The notes beneath the pieces were generated by a model. That model had not been told where the DNA came from. It saw only the letters and a list, made by a program, of their open reading frames with translations, and ran no database searches. A DNA stretch of 64,000 nucleotides from Andalucia godoyi And28 (lineage: Eukaryota; Protista; Jakobida): positions 31,033 to 95,032 of the forward strand of contig VRVR01000045.1 of assembly GCA_009859145.1 (NCBI GenBank), written 5' to 3'. The position numbers and the translations under genes were made by a program. Shown here in pieces: positions 47,631-57,873 of the stretch. Within the stretch, counting starts at the first letter, position 1, and every line of letters begins with the position of its first letter.

Positions 47631-49778
47631 TCAGGGGCTTCCGGAGGCCAGGTTTTCGAGAAGCGGGAATTTTTGGGAATCGAGGGCAGGAAAGGAGCCT
47701 GGCGGAACAGAGGTGCCGCAGACGCACAGGGACCGCAGATGCTTGAAGCCGGCGTCGCCGGCAGTGTCGATGCCTTGCAGCGTGATGGCAGTGAAGTTGA
47801 GGGCGAGGGACTCGAGGTGTGGCATTGATTGTGCCAGAAGGGCGAGTGACGAGTCTGTGATTCGAGAGTTTCGGCTGAGATTCAGATGCTTCATTTCGGA
47901 GAGAACTGCAAGGTGGCGGACCCCGACGTCCGACAGTAGGCCCGAGCAGATATCGAGGCGCTCGAGGTGCACGAAGACGGCAAGGAAGACCAGTCCAGAG
48001 TCGGAGATGCGGGCCGTGTACAGATCAAGGTGCTTGAGAGTGGTGTGGAGCGACGGGTTGCGGGCAAGCTGGCGAATCGATCGATCCGTGAGGGACTGGA
48101 TGTCCAAGTTCAGCACAGACAGACATGGTCCCCACTTGCCGATTGCATCCACAGCGTCATCTTCGAGCCGCGGGCAGCAGAACAGACGGATTTTCGAAAG
48201 ATTTGGCGAATCCTGGAGTTTGAGAAGTCCTCGTCGGGAGACCGTTGTTTCGCTCAAATCCAAATCGATGAGATTGTGCTGAATGGATCCAAACCCGGTG
48301 GATTCAAGAAAGACGTCAGAAACACGCGTGTTGGCGAGTTTTAGGGTTTGGAATGGAAATCGGCAAAGGACGGTCATGAGACCATCCGTGACTCCAGCGA
48401 TATTGCTTACATCCAGAGTGTGCAGAGGACAGGCAGGATCTACCAAAGACTGGAAGAACGTCCTGATGTCTGCCTCGGAGACACGCAGCGATCCCAGCTT
48501 GAATACACGCAGGCTTCTGAATACGGGATGTATTCCTGTGTGTCCGTCGGACACGGATTTGAGGAAAATTCTCCAGCAAAAGCTGATGTTGAGCGTCTCA
48601 AGCTGCGATGCAATTTCGGGAACGAGAGCGAAGAAATCCGAAAACAAGGTATCGGACATCAATGTCCCATAAACATTGAGGAATGTGAGCGACCGCAGGG
48701 CAGTGAGGCATGTGATGTACTTTGACGAGACGCGCGCACAGCGTCCCATGTTCAAGTGCCGCAGCTTCGTAAGCTTCGAAATGTGGGCGATGCTGTCGTC
48801 TCCAAGGCCGGTGCATTGTCCAAGATCAAGATGCTCCAGCGTCGGAGCGAGCTGTGCCAGATGCTCCACGCCTGAGTCTGTGAGAGACTCGCATCCATGC
48901 AGCGACAAGTGCAAGAGGCTCCGAAGCCTTGCAGTGTGCACAAGGTGTCGATCGTCCATCTCCACGTTGTACCAGTAGTCGAGGTGCAGAAGCGACGGTG
49001 GGAACTGTGCAAACTCGGATCCATCCAGATTCGGACACGCAATCAGCCTCAATGCAGACAGCACATTCGACAGCAGTGGCTTGGATCCAGCAGGCTTCGG
49101 GAAAAAGGCACTTGATTCCAGACAGGATGCATTCATGCAGTCGAGCTGCCGCAGCTGCGGGTACCATTCAAACAGCACATCCGAAACCAATGCGTTCGTC
49201 GCGGCCCTGCCATCAATCGATACCGACGAGACCGGTGTGCCTGCAAAGCTTGACGACCACTCGACCATGCGACGCGGGTCTCGACGCTGCGGCTCGATCG
49301 AAAGCTTCTTTGCGAATAAATAATCAATCATCCAGAACGGAAGCACAGATACCAAAGGCTGCTCCGTGCGGTCTGAAAGAAACAAGTCTGCATACTCCAC
49401 AACGAGATCGAGCAAGCACTCTTGAAGCGTCGCTCCGCGAAAATTCATCTTTTTGTCTGTCTCTTGTCCTGCGCTTCTTCTGTGCATGCCCGGAGAACTG
49501 CCCGGAGAACTGCCCGGAGAACTGCCCGGAGAAGTGACAGCAGGTGGGGAACCACCTTCTGCAGTCGTGGTCCGGTCCTGCACGACACAAGACGACGTCA
49601 TCATCACGACATTCGCCAAGGACGAGGAGACACGAATCGGCGACGAGGGGGACAGCATCGGAAACGAAAGACCGTGGCCCTGCAATGCCGATCCCTGCTG
49701 CCGTCTACTTGACGACGCCGACGATGACGAACTGCTGCTTTCTGAAGAAAACGAGTTGCGCGAACAATTGCCTCCCAT
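47631..49778 (-). CDS. RNI-like leucine-rich-repeat protein, possibly N-myristoylated
   Basis: Many LxxLxLxxC/xxxxD repeats (LLHLSLHGCESLTDSGV, LEHLDLGQCTGLGDDSI, LKHLDLYTARISDSGL). Start is MGGNCS at 49778 or an upstream in-frame ATG at 49940. Confidence 0.85.
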   Translation of the reverse strand: MGGNCSRNSFSSESSSSSSSASSSRRQQGSALQGHGLSFPMLSPSSPIRVSSSLANVVMMTSSCVVQDRTTTAEGGSPPAVTSPGSSPGSSPGSSPGMHRRSAGQETDKKMNFRGATLQECLLDLVVEYADLFLSDRTEQPLVSVLPFWMIDYLFAKKLSIEPQRRDPRRMVEWSSSFAGTPVSSVSIDGRAATNALVSDVLFEWYPQLRQLDCMNASCLESSAFFPKPAGSKPLLSNVLSALRLIACPNLDGSEFAQFPPSLLHLDYWYNVEMDDRHLVHTARLRSLLHLSLHGCESLTDSGVEHLAQLAPTLEHLDLGQCTGLGDDSIAHISKLTKLRHLNMGRCARVSSKYITCLTALRSLTFLNVYGTLMSDTLFSDFFALVPEIASQLETLNISFCWRIFLKSVSDGHTGIHPVFRSLRVFKLGSLRVSEADIRTFFQSLVDPACPLHTLDVSNIAGVTDGLMTVLCRFPFQTLKLANTRVSDVFLESTGFGSIQHNLIDLDLSETTVSRRGLLKLQDSPNLSKIRLFCCPRLEDDAVDAIGKWGPCLSVLNLDIQSLTDRSIRQLARNPSLHTTLKHLDLYTARISDSGLVFLAVFVHLERLDICSGLLSDVGVRHLAVLSEMKHLNLSRNSRITDSSLALLAQSMPHLESLALNFTAITLQGIDTAGDAGFKHLRSLCVCGTSVPPGSFPALDSQKFPLLENLASGSP
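49488..49532. repeat. 12-bp coding tandem repeat (CCCGGAGAACTG)x3-4 encoding SPGS repeats
   Basis: gcccggagaactgcccggagaactgcccggagaactgcccggagaag. Confidence 0.9.
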
Positions 49779-49797
49779 TCCAGCTGCAGATTCACCA

Positions 49798-49890
49798 CTA
49801 CTACTACTATTACTACTACTACTATTACTACTACTACTATTACTACTACTACTATTACTACTACTACTATTACTACTACTATTACTACTC
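49798..49890. repeat. (CTA)n microsatellite with a 15-bp higher-order unit CTACTACTATTACTA
   Basis: About six near-perfect copies of the 15-mer from 49801. Confidence 0.9.
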
Positions 49891-50187
49891 GTCGTCGTTA
49901 CCCATAACCATCTGCGGGGAATTATTATTAAACTTGCCATAATCGGGGAATTAAAAAAAAGAATGCCCCGCCCGTTTGAGGCAGTCAAGGAAACGGCGTT
50001 TTTGTTCTACGAGCGATGATGAACCATTGCGAACCGGATTATTATTTGTCATTATTAATTTTCATCGCTCTTGTTAATATTAATTTTTTATTATGATTAT
50101 TATGTATATATATATATATATTTAATATTATAGTATTATTTATTCTTTTTTTTGAAGGCTCCCGAAGAGTGTGCTGTTTTTCCAAGA

Positions 50188-53100
50188 ATGTTTGGGAATA
50201 TATTTGACGAAAATCCGATTGATCTGGATTTCACCGGTTCCTATCGATATGCGCCGTACGTTGGCCTTGAAAACGAAGGCGCGACGTGTTTTTTGAATGC
50301 ACTTTTGCAGTCGTTGTACTGGTGTCACCACTTCCGAACATTCATGTTTCGGATTCCACTCCGGCAGCTGGGAGTGCACAACGACGAAGATCTGGTTCGG
50401 GTTTTCCTGTCTTCTGGTGACTTGCCGTCCCACATCAAGCTTGCGGAAGACGAGTATTATCCGCTGTCTGCAGACGAGCTTGTTGCGATGGGTTTCTCCG
50501 AGAAGCTTGTTGCGGCTGCTCAAAAGGTGTATCGTGGCAAGTCCGAGCGCTATGCAGACGAGATGCTCGAGTGGATGATGAACCATAGCACGGCTGTTCG
50601 GAGTGCGGACGATGACGAAACGGACAGGATTACGGAGCCCCGGAAGCTCGTGCTGCATCTATTGGAGATCTTTGCTTCCCTGCAAATTCTGCAAGTACGG
50701 AGGAAGAGAAGGAGGACTGGCAGCGGGAGCCGTGATGTGGACCTGGATCTGGACCTGGACCTGGACCTGGACCTGGACGTGAATGTGGATCGTCCGTCTA
50801 GCATATCCGCCCTGAGACTGACAAGGACGTTCGGATGGACTGCCGAAGACTTGGGCACCCAGCATGACGCCGCCGAGCTGTATGCTGTGCTGATGGATGC
50901 TGTGCAGCAGCAGGTCTCGAAGTGCTCGCTTGGGAATCCAGCCAGCCACGCAGATCTCGACTTTGACGATCCGGCAGATTACGACGTCGCAGAGAAGGTG
51001 CTGCAGCGAACAATGTCTGGCGTCCAGACGATCACGACGTGTTGTACCGTGTGTGGCACCGAGTCGGCTCGCTTCGAGGACATATGGATGCTGCCGCTCA
51101 CGGTTCCGCTTGAGCAGAGAGAACGCCCTGCGCGGCTGGAGGATCTCTATGCCGAGTATACGCATCCGGAAACCTTGGATGGAGAAAACGCGTATCTGTG
51201 CGATCATTGCGGGAAGAAAGTGCGGGCACTGCGGTCTCAGTGCATTCAGAGGTATCCTTTGGTGCTCTCCGTGCATCTGCTGCGGTTCACGTACGATATG
51301 AAGAGAATGGAACGGGTGAAGATCAACTCCTTGGTGGAGTATCCACTCGAGTGGCAAGTTGGAGGAAACCCCGACCTAACGTACACCCTTCGCTCCATCG
51401 TCGTTCATCTTGGCTCTGCTTACGGGGGCCACTACAAAGCGTATGTTCAGACAAATCCGGGCGAGTGGTTCGAGATGAATGATTCCAACGTCAGCCAAGT
51501 TCATGATCTGAAGTCTCTGCAAAACTCCTCGTCCTATCTCCTGTTCTACGAAAGAAGAGACCGGGATGCCGAAGACTCTGAAAAGCCTGCTGTTGCCGAA
51601 GACTTCGAGGCAGAGTGGCTTCTAAACACCCTGTCGATAGAGGCAAACCTGTCAGCGCAGGTGCGTGCGGTGTTTCAAGATCCGACCTTGCTTCCCCGTC
51701 TGCGCAACCAGTGGAAGCACGTGTGCTCGGCCGACAGCATCATCCAGCCGGACCTGTGCATATATCTTGCGGCGAAGTTCGGCTTACGGAAAGAATATCA
51801 ACTCCGATCCCAAGAATCAATCAAGTTTGACGGCATCGAGCATGCGTCGTCGTCGTCTTCGAAGTTCGTAACTGGCATTTCCAGGATCCAGCCGCCGAAA
51901 GCAGGCCCTACTCTCTGTGACTCTCGACTGGTTGCAATTTTGCGTTCCCTCACGCAGGATGAGCTGTTCTGGTTTACTGTATCCCCTCCATCTCTACTCA
52001 CAGAAGATCGCGTACTCGGCCACGACATCGTTCTCGTTCCTCGCACCGTGCAGTTTCCAGGCCATTGGCTCGAAATTCGGTGCTTCTATATGTTTGATGA
52101 TTCGACGGACTGTGAACTATCCTTGTTTGTGTCGCCGTTCGTTACTGTGAATCAAGTATTGGATTTGGTGTATCACAACGCGGGAAAGGCATTGCGAGCG
52201 ACCTCTGAAATCCTGGAACCTGTATATGTCTATTCAGTTCCGGATCTCCAAGAGGAACGAAAGAAACAATCACTGAAAGTTTATGAACCAAGCTCCAGAA
52301 GCTACGTTTCCGATTCATCCGCGCCGTTCATGTTCTCGTACCGCCAGGCTCGACGGCTGTGGATCGATCGGTCCGCGGGAAAGCGGATTCTGGATAAGAT
52401 AACAGACGAATCAAATCGTGTGTCCATTGAAGTCAAACCGTTTGAGAATGTCCACGTGAAGTCATACCAAGAAGATCATGACATCTGGTTGTTCACTGTT
52501 TCTCGATTCACCACTGTGCGCGACCTGAAGCTCCTCGTTTCCCAAAAGGCACCGGAGATTGCAGAAAAGTGTGTGGTTGACGACACGTATCTTGCTCGTG
52601 CTGGTAATATCACAGTTGGGGATCCCATTTTTGACGAGTCTCTCTCTCTCTCCGAAGCTGGAATCTTCACAGGGGACTGCCTGCTGTGGGTTGCCGGCGC
52701 CCCACCGAATCCCAACGCCAAGGACCTCATCGTTGTTCTTTCAAAGTCCGCGGCTGCCGGCTCTTCTGCTTTTGCGGCAGTTGTCGAAGATGTCGTCGGT
52801 CCGTTTTCACCGTACATGCATGAGCACTCGGGTTCGTCGTCGGCCAGCAAAGAGATCAAGCGAGTGACTCTTCCGAAAGTGGATTTCTCAACTGCACGCC
52901 TGGCGGATTTGACCTCGCGGTCTGAACTTCGAGAATATGCCATGTTTGTGGAGCAGATATGGACTTGCGACTTCTTCCAGCTTCCACGAGACTGCCTGGT
53001 CGATTTTACCAAGAACAGATTTGACACGAGAACTCTCAAGGCAATTGGACTGCAGGATGAAGATACGATCTGCATGATGATTAACGATGATGCCCGTAAC

Positions 53101-53997
53101 GTCAACGAAGAAGGCGACATACAGGTTTCTGTCCATGTCGGGGTGAGTCTGAACGACCGCTTTTGGTGGGGAATGACCGACCAGTACCTCCAGTGCACGT
53201 CTCATTCGTTTTCGCTGCGCACGCCGATGAAAGAGTTTCTTTCCAAGATTGGAAGTCTTCCATTGCCACCACCACCACCACCCGCTGCTGCTGCTGCAAG
53301 CAGCTGTGCGCCGCCAAAAGACACTCCAACCGGCGAATTTGGTACATGGCTCGCGCTTCCACATCTGCATTCGCCTTACCCGCTGCCGAGTGCCATTCAC
53401 GTGCCCCTCGCTTGGCGTTTGTTCGCTCCTCTGGATTCATACGCAGACTTCAATTCCCTAGAAGAAGCACTGTCTGATATTCTGAAGCGGGATGTGACTC
53501 CCGGTACCCTTCCCAGCCCGCATGACAAGCTGACGACCTCTGAACAGCATTACTTGACCATTATTCGCTCTCCTTTCAAGTCTGCTGGCGTCCCGTTGTT
53601 TCTTGTTCGGCATGAAACAGGATCTATTCAAACTGTGCACTTGGCGGCGCAGGACAAGCGAACTGCCCCATCGCTGGCCGTCGAAAACGACCAAATGCTG
53701 ATGAAATTCGATTACACCGAATCAAGGTGGATTGTTTGCAGCCGGAAGAAGCGAAAGAAGGGCCGTGTCGCCCCCTGCGACGCTTGGATGGTAATCAATG
53801 CGTCCGATGAATGGTTCCAGAAGACCATCAATGGAAAGACACAACGCCAGGACGGGCTCGGCTTGTGCGGCGGGGGTGGTGACGATGATTTGCAACGTGC
53901 GCTGGAAGAGTCGGCGATGATGGCTGTTGCGAATCATTCAAAAGCAGACGCAAGTGCTCCGAGGAAGGCGGAAAAAGGTGTGCGTATTGCCCTGTGA
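50188..53997 (+). CDS. USP40: Ubiquitin-specific protease (C19), USP40-like, with inserted UBA-like domain and C-terminal UIM-like motif
   Basis: MFGNIFDE start resembling USP40; Cys box GLENEGATCFLNALLQSL; TFGW..QHDAAEL; His box VHLGSAYGGHYKAY, WFEMNDSNV; UBA-like LVAMGFSEKLV...EWMMNH; UIM-like DDDLQRALEES. Confidence 0.85.
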   Translation: MFGNIFDENPIDLDFTGSYRYAPYVGLENEGATCFLNALLQSLYWCHHFRTFMFRIPLRQLGVHNDEDLVRVFLSSGDLPSHIKLAEDEYYPLSADELVAMGFSEKLVAAAQKVYRGKSERYADEMLEWMMNHSTAVRSADDDETDRITEPRKLVLHLLEIFASLQILQVRRKRRRTGSGSRDVDLDLDLDLDLDLDVNVDRPSSISALRLTRTFGWTAEDLGTQHDAAELYAVLMDAVQQQVSKCSLGNPASHADLDFDDPADYDVAEKVLQRTMSGVQTITTCCTVCGTESARFEDIWMLPLTVPLEQRERPARLEDLYAEYTHPETLDGENAYLCDHCGKKVRALRSQCIQRYPLVLSVHLLRFTYDMKRMERVKINSLVEYPLEWQVGGNPDLTYTLRSIVVHLGSAYGGHYKAYVQTNPGEWFEMNDSNVSQVHDLKSLQNSSSYLLFYERRDRDAEDSEKPAVAEDFEAEWLLNTLSIEANLSAQVRAVFQDPTLLPRLRNQWKHVCSADSIIQPDLCIYLAAKFGLRKEYQLRSQESIKFDGIEHASSSSSKFVTGISRIQPPKAGPTLCDSRLVAILRSLTQDELFWFTVSPPSLLTEDRVLGHDIVLVPRTVQFPGHWLEIRCFYMFDDSTDCELSLFVSPFVTVNQVLDLVYHNAGKALRATSEILEPVYVYSVPDLQEERKKQSLKVYEPSSRSYVSDSSAPFMFSYRQARRLWIDRSAGKRILDKITDESNRVSIEVKPFENVHVKSYQEDHDIWLFTVSRFTTVRDLKLLVSQKAPEIAEKCVVDDTYLARAGNITVGDPIFDESLSLSEAGIFTGDCLLWVAGAPPNPNAKDLIVVLSKSAAAGSSAFAAVVEDVVGPFSPYMHEHSGSSSASKEIKRVTLPKVDFSTARLADLTSRSELREYAMFVEQIWTCDFFQLPRDCLVDFTKNRFDTRTLKAIGLQDEDTICMMINDDARNVNEEGDIQVSVHVGVSLNDRFWWGMTDQYLQCTSHSFSLRTPMKEFLSKIGSLPLPPPPPPAAAAASSCAPPKDTPTGEFGTWLALPHLHSPYPLPSAIHVPLAWRLFAPLDSYADFNSLEEALSDILKRDVTPGTLPSPHDKLTTSEQHYLTIIRSPFKSAGVPLFLVRHETGSIQTVHLAAQDKRTAPSLAVENDQMLMKFDYTESRWIVCSRKKRKKGRVAPCDAWMVINASDEWFQKTINGKTQRQDGLGLCGGGGDDDLQRALEESAMMAVANHSKADASAPRKAEKGVRIAL

Positions 53998-54059
53998 AGG
54001 CATGTAAAAGGAGAAAGGGAGATTGGTTTTTGTTTTTGATTTTTGACGTGCAACACCTG

Positions 54060-55943
54060 CTAAGCCATGGACACTTGTTCCCTTTTCTTTCCCGACATCA
54101 AATGGTGGCCACCGCGGGTTGCTTCCCTGACTACGTCTTTCCATTGTTTCCCGTATTGCCAAGAGCTGACCATCGACAGCCAGTCTGCAGGAGACGGGTT
54201 CCAGCCGTCCGTGGATTCTCTAAAGTACGGGAACACTTCTCGATCTAACATTTCGGCTGTGATCTGTGCATCGATTGCACACAACCAGGGGGAGATCTCG
54301 GATTCGCGGAGCGGCGGCCCGAAAAAGACGTGCTGCTCCAGACGGCCCGGTCGAAGAACAGCTGGGTCAATAGCTTCCTTTCTGCTTGTGGTTCCAATTA
54401 CCACTACTCCATCGCGGTTCTCGATTCCATCCAGTTCGGTGAGAAGAGTATTGACGATTCTGTCTGTGACTCCGGAAGAGTCGTGTCCTCGAACAGGTGC
54501 AATGGAGTCCACTTCGTCCAGCACCAGGACACAGGGTCGACGACTCGATGACCGTGCACGCTCAAATATTGAACGTAAATTTGACTCGCTCTGACCGGTA
54601 AACTTGGACAGAAACTCGGGGCCACGAATGAACAAGAAGGAGCCACCTCGCTGATGCACCAACTGGCACATCTGCTTGGCAATGTACGACTTTCCAAACC
54701 CCGAGGGTCCAAAAAACAAATACCCCAGCGCACACGGTGGTTTCATGAGGCGAGTCAGTGCCTCGCAGACGAACGGGGCCATGATTTCATCAATCAGAGT
54801 TTCACAAACGTCGCGATACAAATGGAACCTGACTGGATGGTCTGCAGTGGAACGCTGCTCACCGCGTCCTTCTCCTGCCAATACATCATCATCATCACCG
54901 CTACAGCGATCACCGCCGTCGACGTCGTCACTAGGCAGCTGCCTCAGTCTCACGTTCATCCAAACGGAAGGGGCAGCAGAAGCAGCGCACACGCCTATGC
55001 GAGACAGGAAGGATGGTTGCAGATAGAACACAAGATCAGTGACGGAGGATCTCTGCATAACAAAACCTGCGCGTTTCGCTTTGCGAATAACATTTGCGAC
55101 GATCGCTTGTCTCTTCAGCGAATCCATTGGGAGTTCAAATTCAAAGACGTTTTCGCGACAGAAGAACAGTCTGCCATCTGCCACGTCGCGCAGGAACTCC
55201 TCGAAAAACGGTAAAGGCAATACAGGGAAGAGAGACACTTCCAGAGGAAGATCAAGACTGTCGCTGTCCTCTTCCTCTGTTGCCGCGTCACCCGCTCCGT
55301 CAGCGCCATCCTTGGCGATGGAATGCCAGGGCGACAGCTGATGCAGTGCCGGCGTGAGCAGGCCAAACGGGTCTCGATGCTTCTTCAATTCGATGGATAT
55401 TTCGCAGTTGGCGCCCATTCTTCTCAACACGTGCGGAACTTTAACACGAAACTGGATTCCCAAGACCCGGAGGCGCTGATCCGGATACACGATCGACGAG
55501 ATCGAGTGCCAGTTGACCGCCTCCAGCTCTTGAGCAGACGTCGTGTTCAAAAGATCTGCATCTTGCGTGGAGTCCGGGACCAGGACGACCGACTCGGCAA
55601 TTTCCGGCACAAACGGCTGCACCGTGCGCAGGTCCATGTCCAGCAGCAACGAGATCGAGCCCCAAAACGCCGAGGGCACGGACCCGGACTCGGACTCGCA
55701 GAAATGGTGCGCAGAAACCTCGACGTGCTGCGTGATGTTCCAATGAAACTGCACATAGATCGGGCGGCTTTCCAAAACCTTAGTTTTCGGATGCAGAGCA
55801 AACACCAGCATCGGAATGCCGTGAAATGCTTGTAAATGCTCTGCAACCTCGCGCGTCAGCGTGATTGCAGATGTGCCAGAGGATGGCAGCACCGTGTGCA
55901 CATTCACGCGAAACGACAGTTGCTTCGACGTCCGGAATGACAT
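54060..55943 (-). CDS. PEX1: Peroxisome biogenesis AAA ATPase PEX1-like, shortened (single complete AAA domain)
   Basis: GPSGFGKS, RGPEFLSKFTGQSESNLRSIF, RPCVLVLDEVDSIAPVRGHDSSGVTDRIVN (Pex1 D2 signature), IDPAVLRPGRL, C-terminal EQVSMA; Pex1-N-like VVLVPDSTQDADLL. Confidence 0.8.
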   Translation of the reverse strand: MSFRTSKQLSFRVNVHTVLPSSGTSAITLTREVAEHLQAFHGIPMLVFALHPKTKVLESRPIYVQFHWNITQHVEVSAHHFCESESGSVPSAFWGSISLLLDMDLRTVQPFVPEIAESVVLVPDSTQDADLLNTTSAQELEAVNWHSISSIVYPDQRLRVLGIQFRVKVPHVLRRMGANCEISIELKKHRDPFGLLTPALHQLSPWHSIAKDGADGAGDAATEEEDSDSLDLPLEVSLFPVLPLPFFEEFLRDVADGRLFFCRENVFEFELPMDSLKRQAIVANVIRKAKRAGFVMQRSSVTDLVFYLQPSFLSRIGVCAASAAPSVWMNVRLRQLPSDDVDGGDRCSGDDDDVLAGEGRGEQRSTADHPVRFHLYRDVCETLIDEIMAPFVCEALTRLMKPPCALGYLFFGPSGFGKSYIAKQMCQLVHQRGGSFLFIRGPEFLSKFTGQSESNLRSIFERARSSSRRPCVLVLDEVDSIAPVRGHDSSGVTDRIVNTLLTELDGIENRDGVVVIGTTSRKEAIDPAVLRPGRLEQHVFFGPPLRESEISPWLCAIDAQITAEMLDREVFPYFRESTDGWNPSPADWLSMVSSWQYGKQWKDVVREATRGGHHLMSGKKREQVSMA

Positions 55944-56359
55944 CCTTCTCCTCCTCCTCCGCCTCTTCCTCCTCCTCCGCCTCCTCCTCCTCCTCTTGAT
56001 ATGTCAACACTACAGCGATAAAAAACACGGGAAATGACACGATGTAACACGACATGACGCAGAATGATACAGCGACCCGGGATGTCTGAACCACAAAAAA
56101 AAAAAATGATGACAAAACGATTGTAGTACGAGGATCAAGTGAGGCGTCCTTCAATTCAACTTGGAGAGCGGACTTTTTTTCTTTTACAGTTGAAAAGAAA
56201 AATAGCGACCGTTCTAATTCATGCATTGTGGGTATTTGATTTTGTGTGGTTCGTTTTAATGTTTTCTTGATTTTGTTTTTGTTTTTTGTTTTTTTTTTTG
56301 AAGTTTTGAATGGTTTAAAGGAGTCGATTTAAAATTAGACTCAGGAAGAGATCATAAGA

Positions 56360-57559
56360 ATGAAGTCGATCTTCCATGCACTGGCCTCGCGGGTGCTCAG
56401 TCTTCCGATTCCGTATGTGCCGGATGCCTCGGAGCGGCGATTGCTGAGCGCGATTGTCCCGGAGACACCGTCTACAGCAGATATGCAGCTTCGACTTGCA
56501 CTTCGGTTGGGGCACGCGCTGAGCCAGCAGCGGGCACTGACGAGCGACTCGACATACAAGAACGTGCTGTCTTCTGAGGATGACGACGGCGACTCGTCGT
56601 CATCGTATCTGCCGTACTACTTGATTGACGCGATCCTCGCGCAGTTGTATGCAGCGCACGACTATGTGGCATCGCTGAAGCTGGCGCTGCGGTCCATCGA
56701 TGTGTTTCTTTCGCGGTTTTCGGTCCTGTTCGAGAAGCTTGACATGGATGGCCTGGCAGCAGGATCGCTGCGGTTTGTCTCGGATGCAGAGTCGGTGACG
56801 TGGAAGACGGACCCGCGAGAGGTGCTGGAGCGAGACGACCCGAAAACGCGGCTTCGACGGGCGCATCTCATGAGGAAGGGGCTGCAGGCGATCATGGAGC
56901 CGTATGCCGCTCTTGTTGATCTGTATGGGCTTCAAAGTGAAGGCGAGCACCATGTGAGCTTGGAGGGCGTGGATGTGTCGATTATCCTTCCGCTGTCGCT
57001 AGAGGAACCGGGGCGGGCGTCGGAAATGTATTACCCGTTGCTGTTTTCTATTGTTGCATGCGACCTCTTGCAGCTCAAGCGGCGCGTGGACCAGGAAATC
57101 GAGTTGCTGCAGTTTGCGAAAGATCGGGAACTCACTCCCGGCGGAGACTCGGGCCGCGACGAAGCGTTTCGAAGAGAAATGGAGCGAGAGCGCGAGGCCG
57201 AGCAGAAAACTGGAGAGGTTATTACGGTCCAGCCGCTGCATGACATTCAAGTCCTGCCAAATTCGATTGTGAGCTTGGAAAACGTCAGAAAAGATATTCT
57301 GGACAATGTGTTTGTGGACCGTAACCCTTGGAGCATGACAATCGAAGAGTTTGGAGAACGTCTGATGCAGCAACAAGCTGAAATGAAACAGAAAAACATT
57401 GATCACGCCATCAAGGAAGAGCAGCAGAAGAATATGTGGGTGGCTCCAGGATACACTCCTGAAGAGCAGGAAGAGGAAGAGCGGAAGAAGCAGTCGTCAT
57501 GGGATGACTGGAAGGATGAAAATCCGTACGGCGCTGGAAATTCAATGCGGAACAAATAG
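56360..57559 (+). CDS. TAP42: TAP42/alpha4 (IGBP1) PP2A-family phosphatase regulator
   Basis: DPKTRLRRA, LDNVFVDRNPWSMTIEEFG, C-terminal SWDDWKDENPYGAGN. Confidence 0.85.
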   Translation: MKSIFHALASRVLSLPIPYVPDASERRLLSAIVPETPSTADMQLRLALRLGHALSQQRALTSDSTYKNVLSSEDDDGDSSSSYLPYYLIDAILAQLYAAHDYVASLKLALRSIDVFLSRFSVLFEKLDMDGLAAGSLRFVSDAESVTWKTDPREVLERDDPKTRLRRAHLMRKGLQAIMEPYAALVDLYGLQSEGEHHVSLEGVDVSIILPLSLEEPGRASEMYYPLLFSIVACDLLQLKRRVDQEIELLQFAKDRELTPGGDSGRDEAFRREMEREREAEQKTGEVITVQPLHDIQVLPNSIVSLENVRKDILDNVFVDRNPWSMTIEEFGERLMQQQAEMKQKNIDHAIKEEQQKNMWVAPGYTPEEQEEEERKKQSSWDDWKDENPYGAGNSMRNK

Positions 57560-57873
57560 GTGGAATCGGAGAAGCGGAAAAGAGGAAGAGAGATGCTACT
57601 GCCACTGCTGTTGCTGCTGCTGCCGAGGATTGTTGCTACGGATGGTTGGACCAGAAGATCAGTCAACGTAGACGCCGTGCAAGAATCCAGCGCATCTAAT
57701 TATCGTGCTATCTTTTTCGAATGCTTGACCTTTTTGTTTACCATAGTCTTCGTTTCCTTGCGATTTGTTAATTACAACGGACGTCCCAAGGCAATATGCT
57801 ACATCCTTGATTGTTTCACAGCGAGAAAGGAGGAGGAGCGGAAGAAGAAGAAGAAGAAGAAGACACTCAATTC

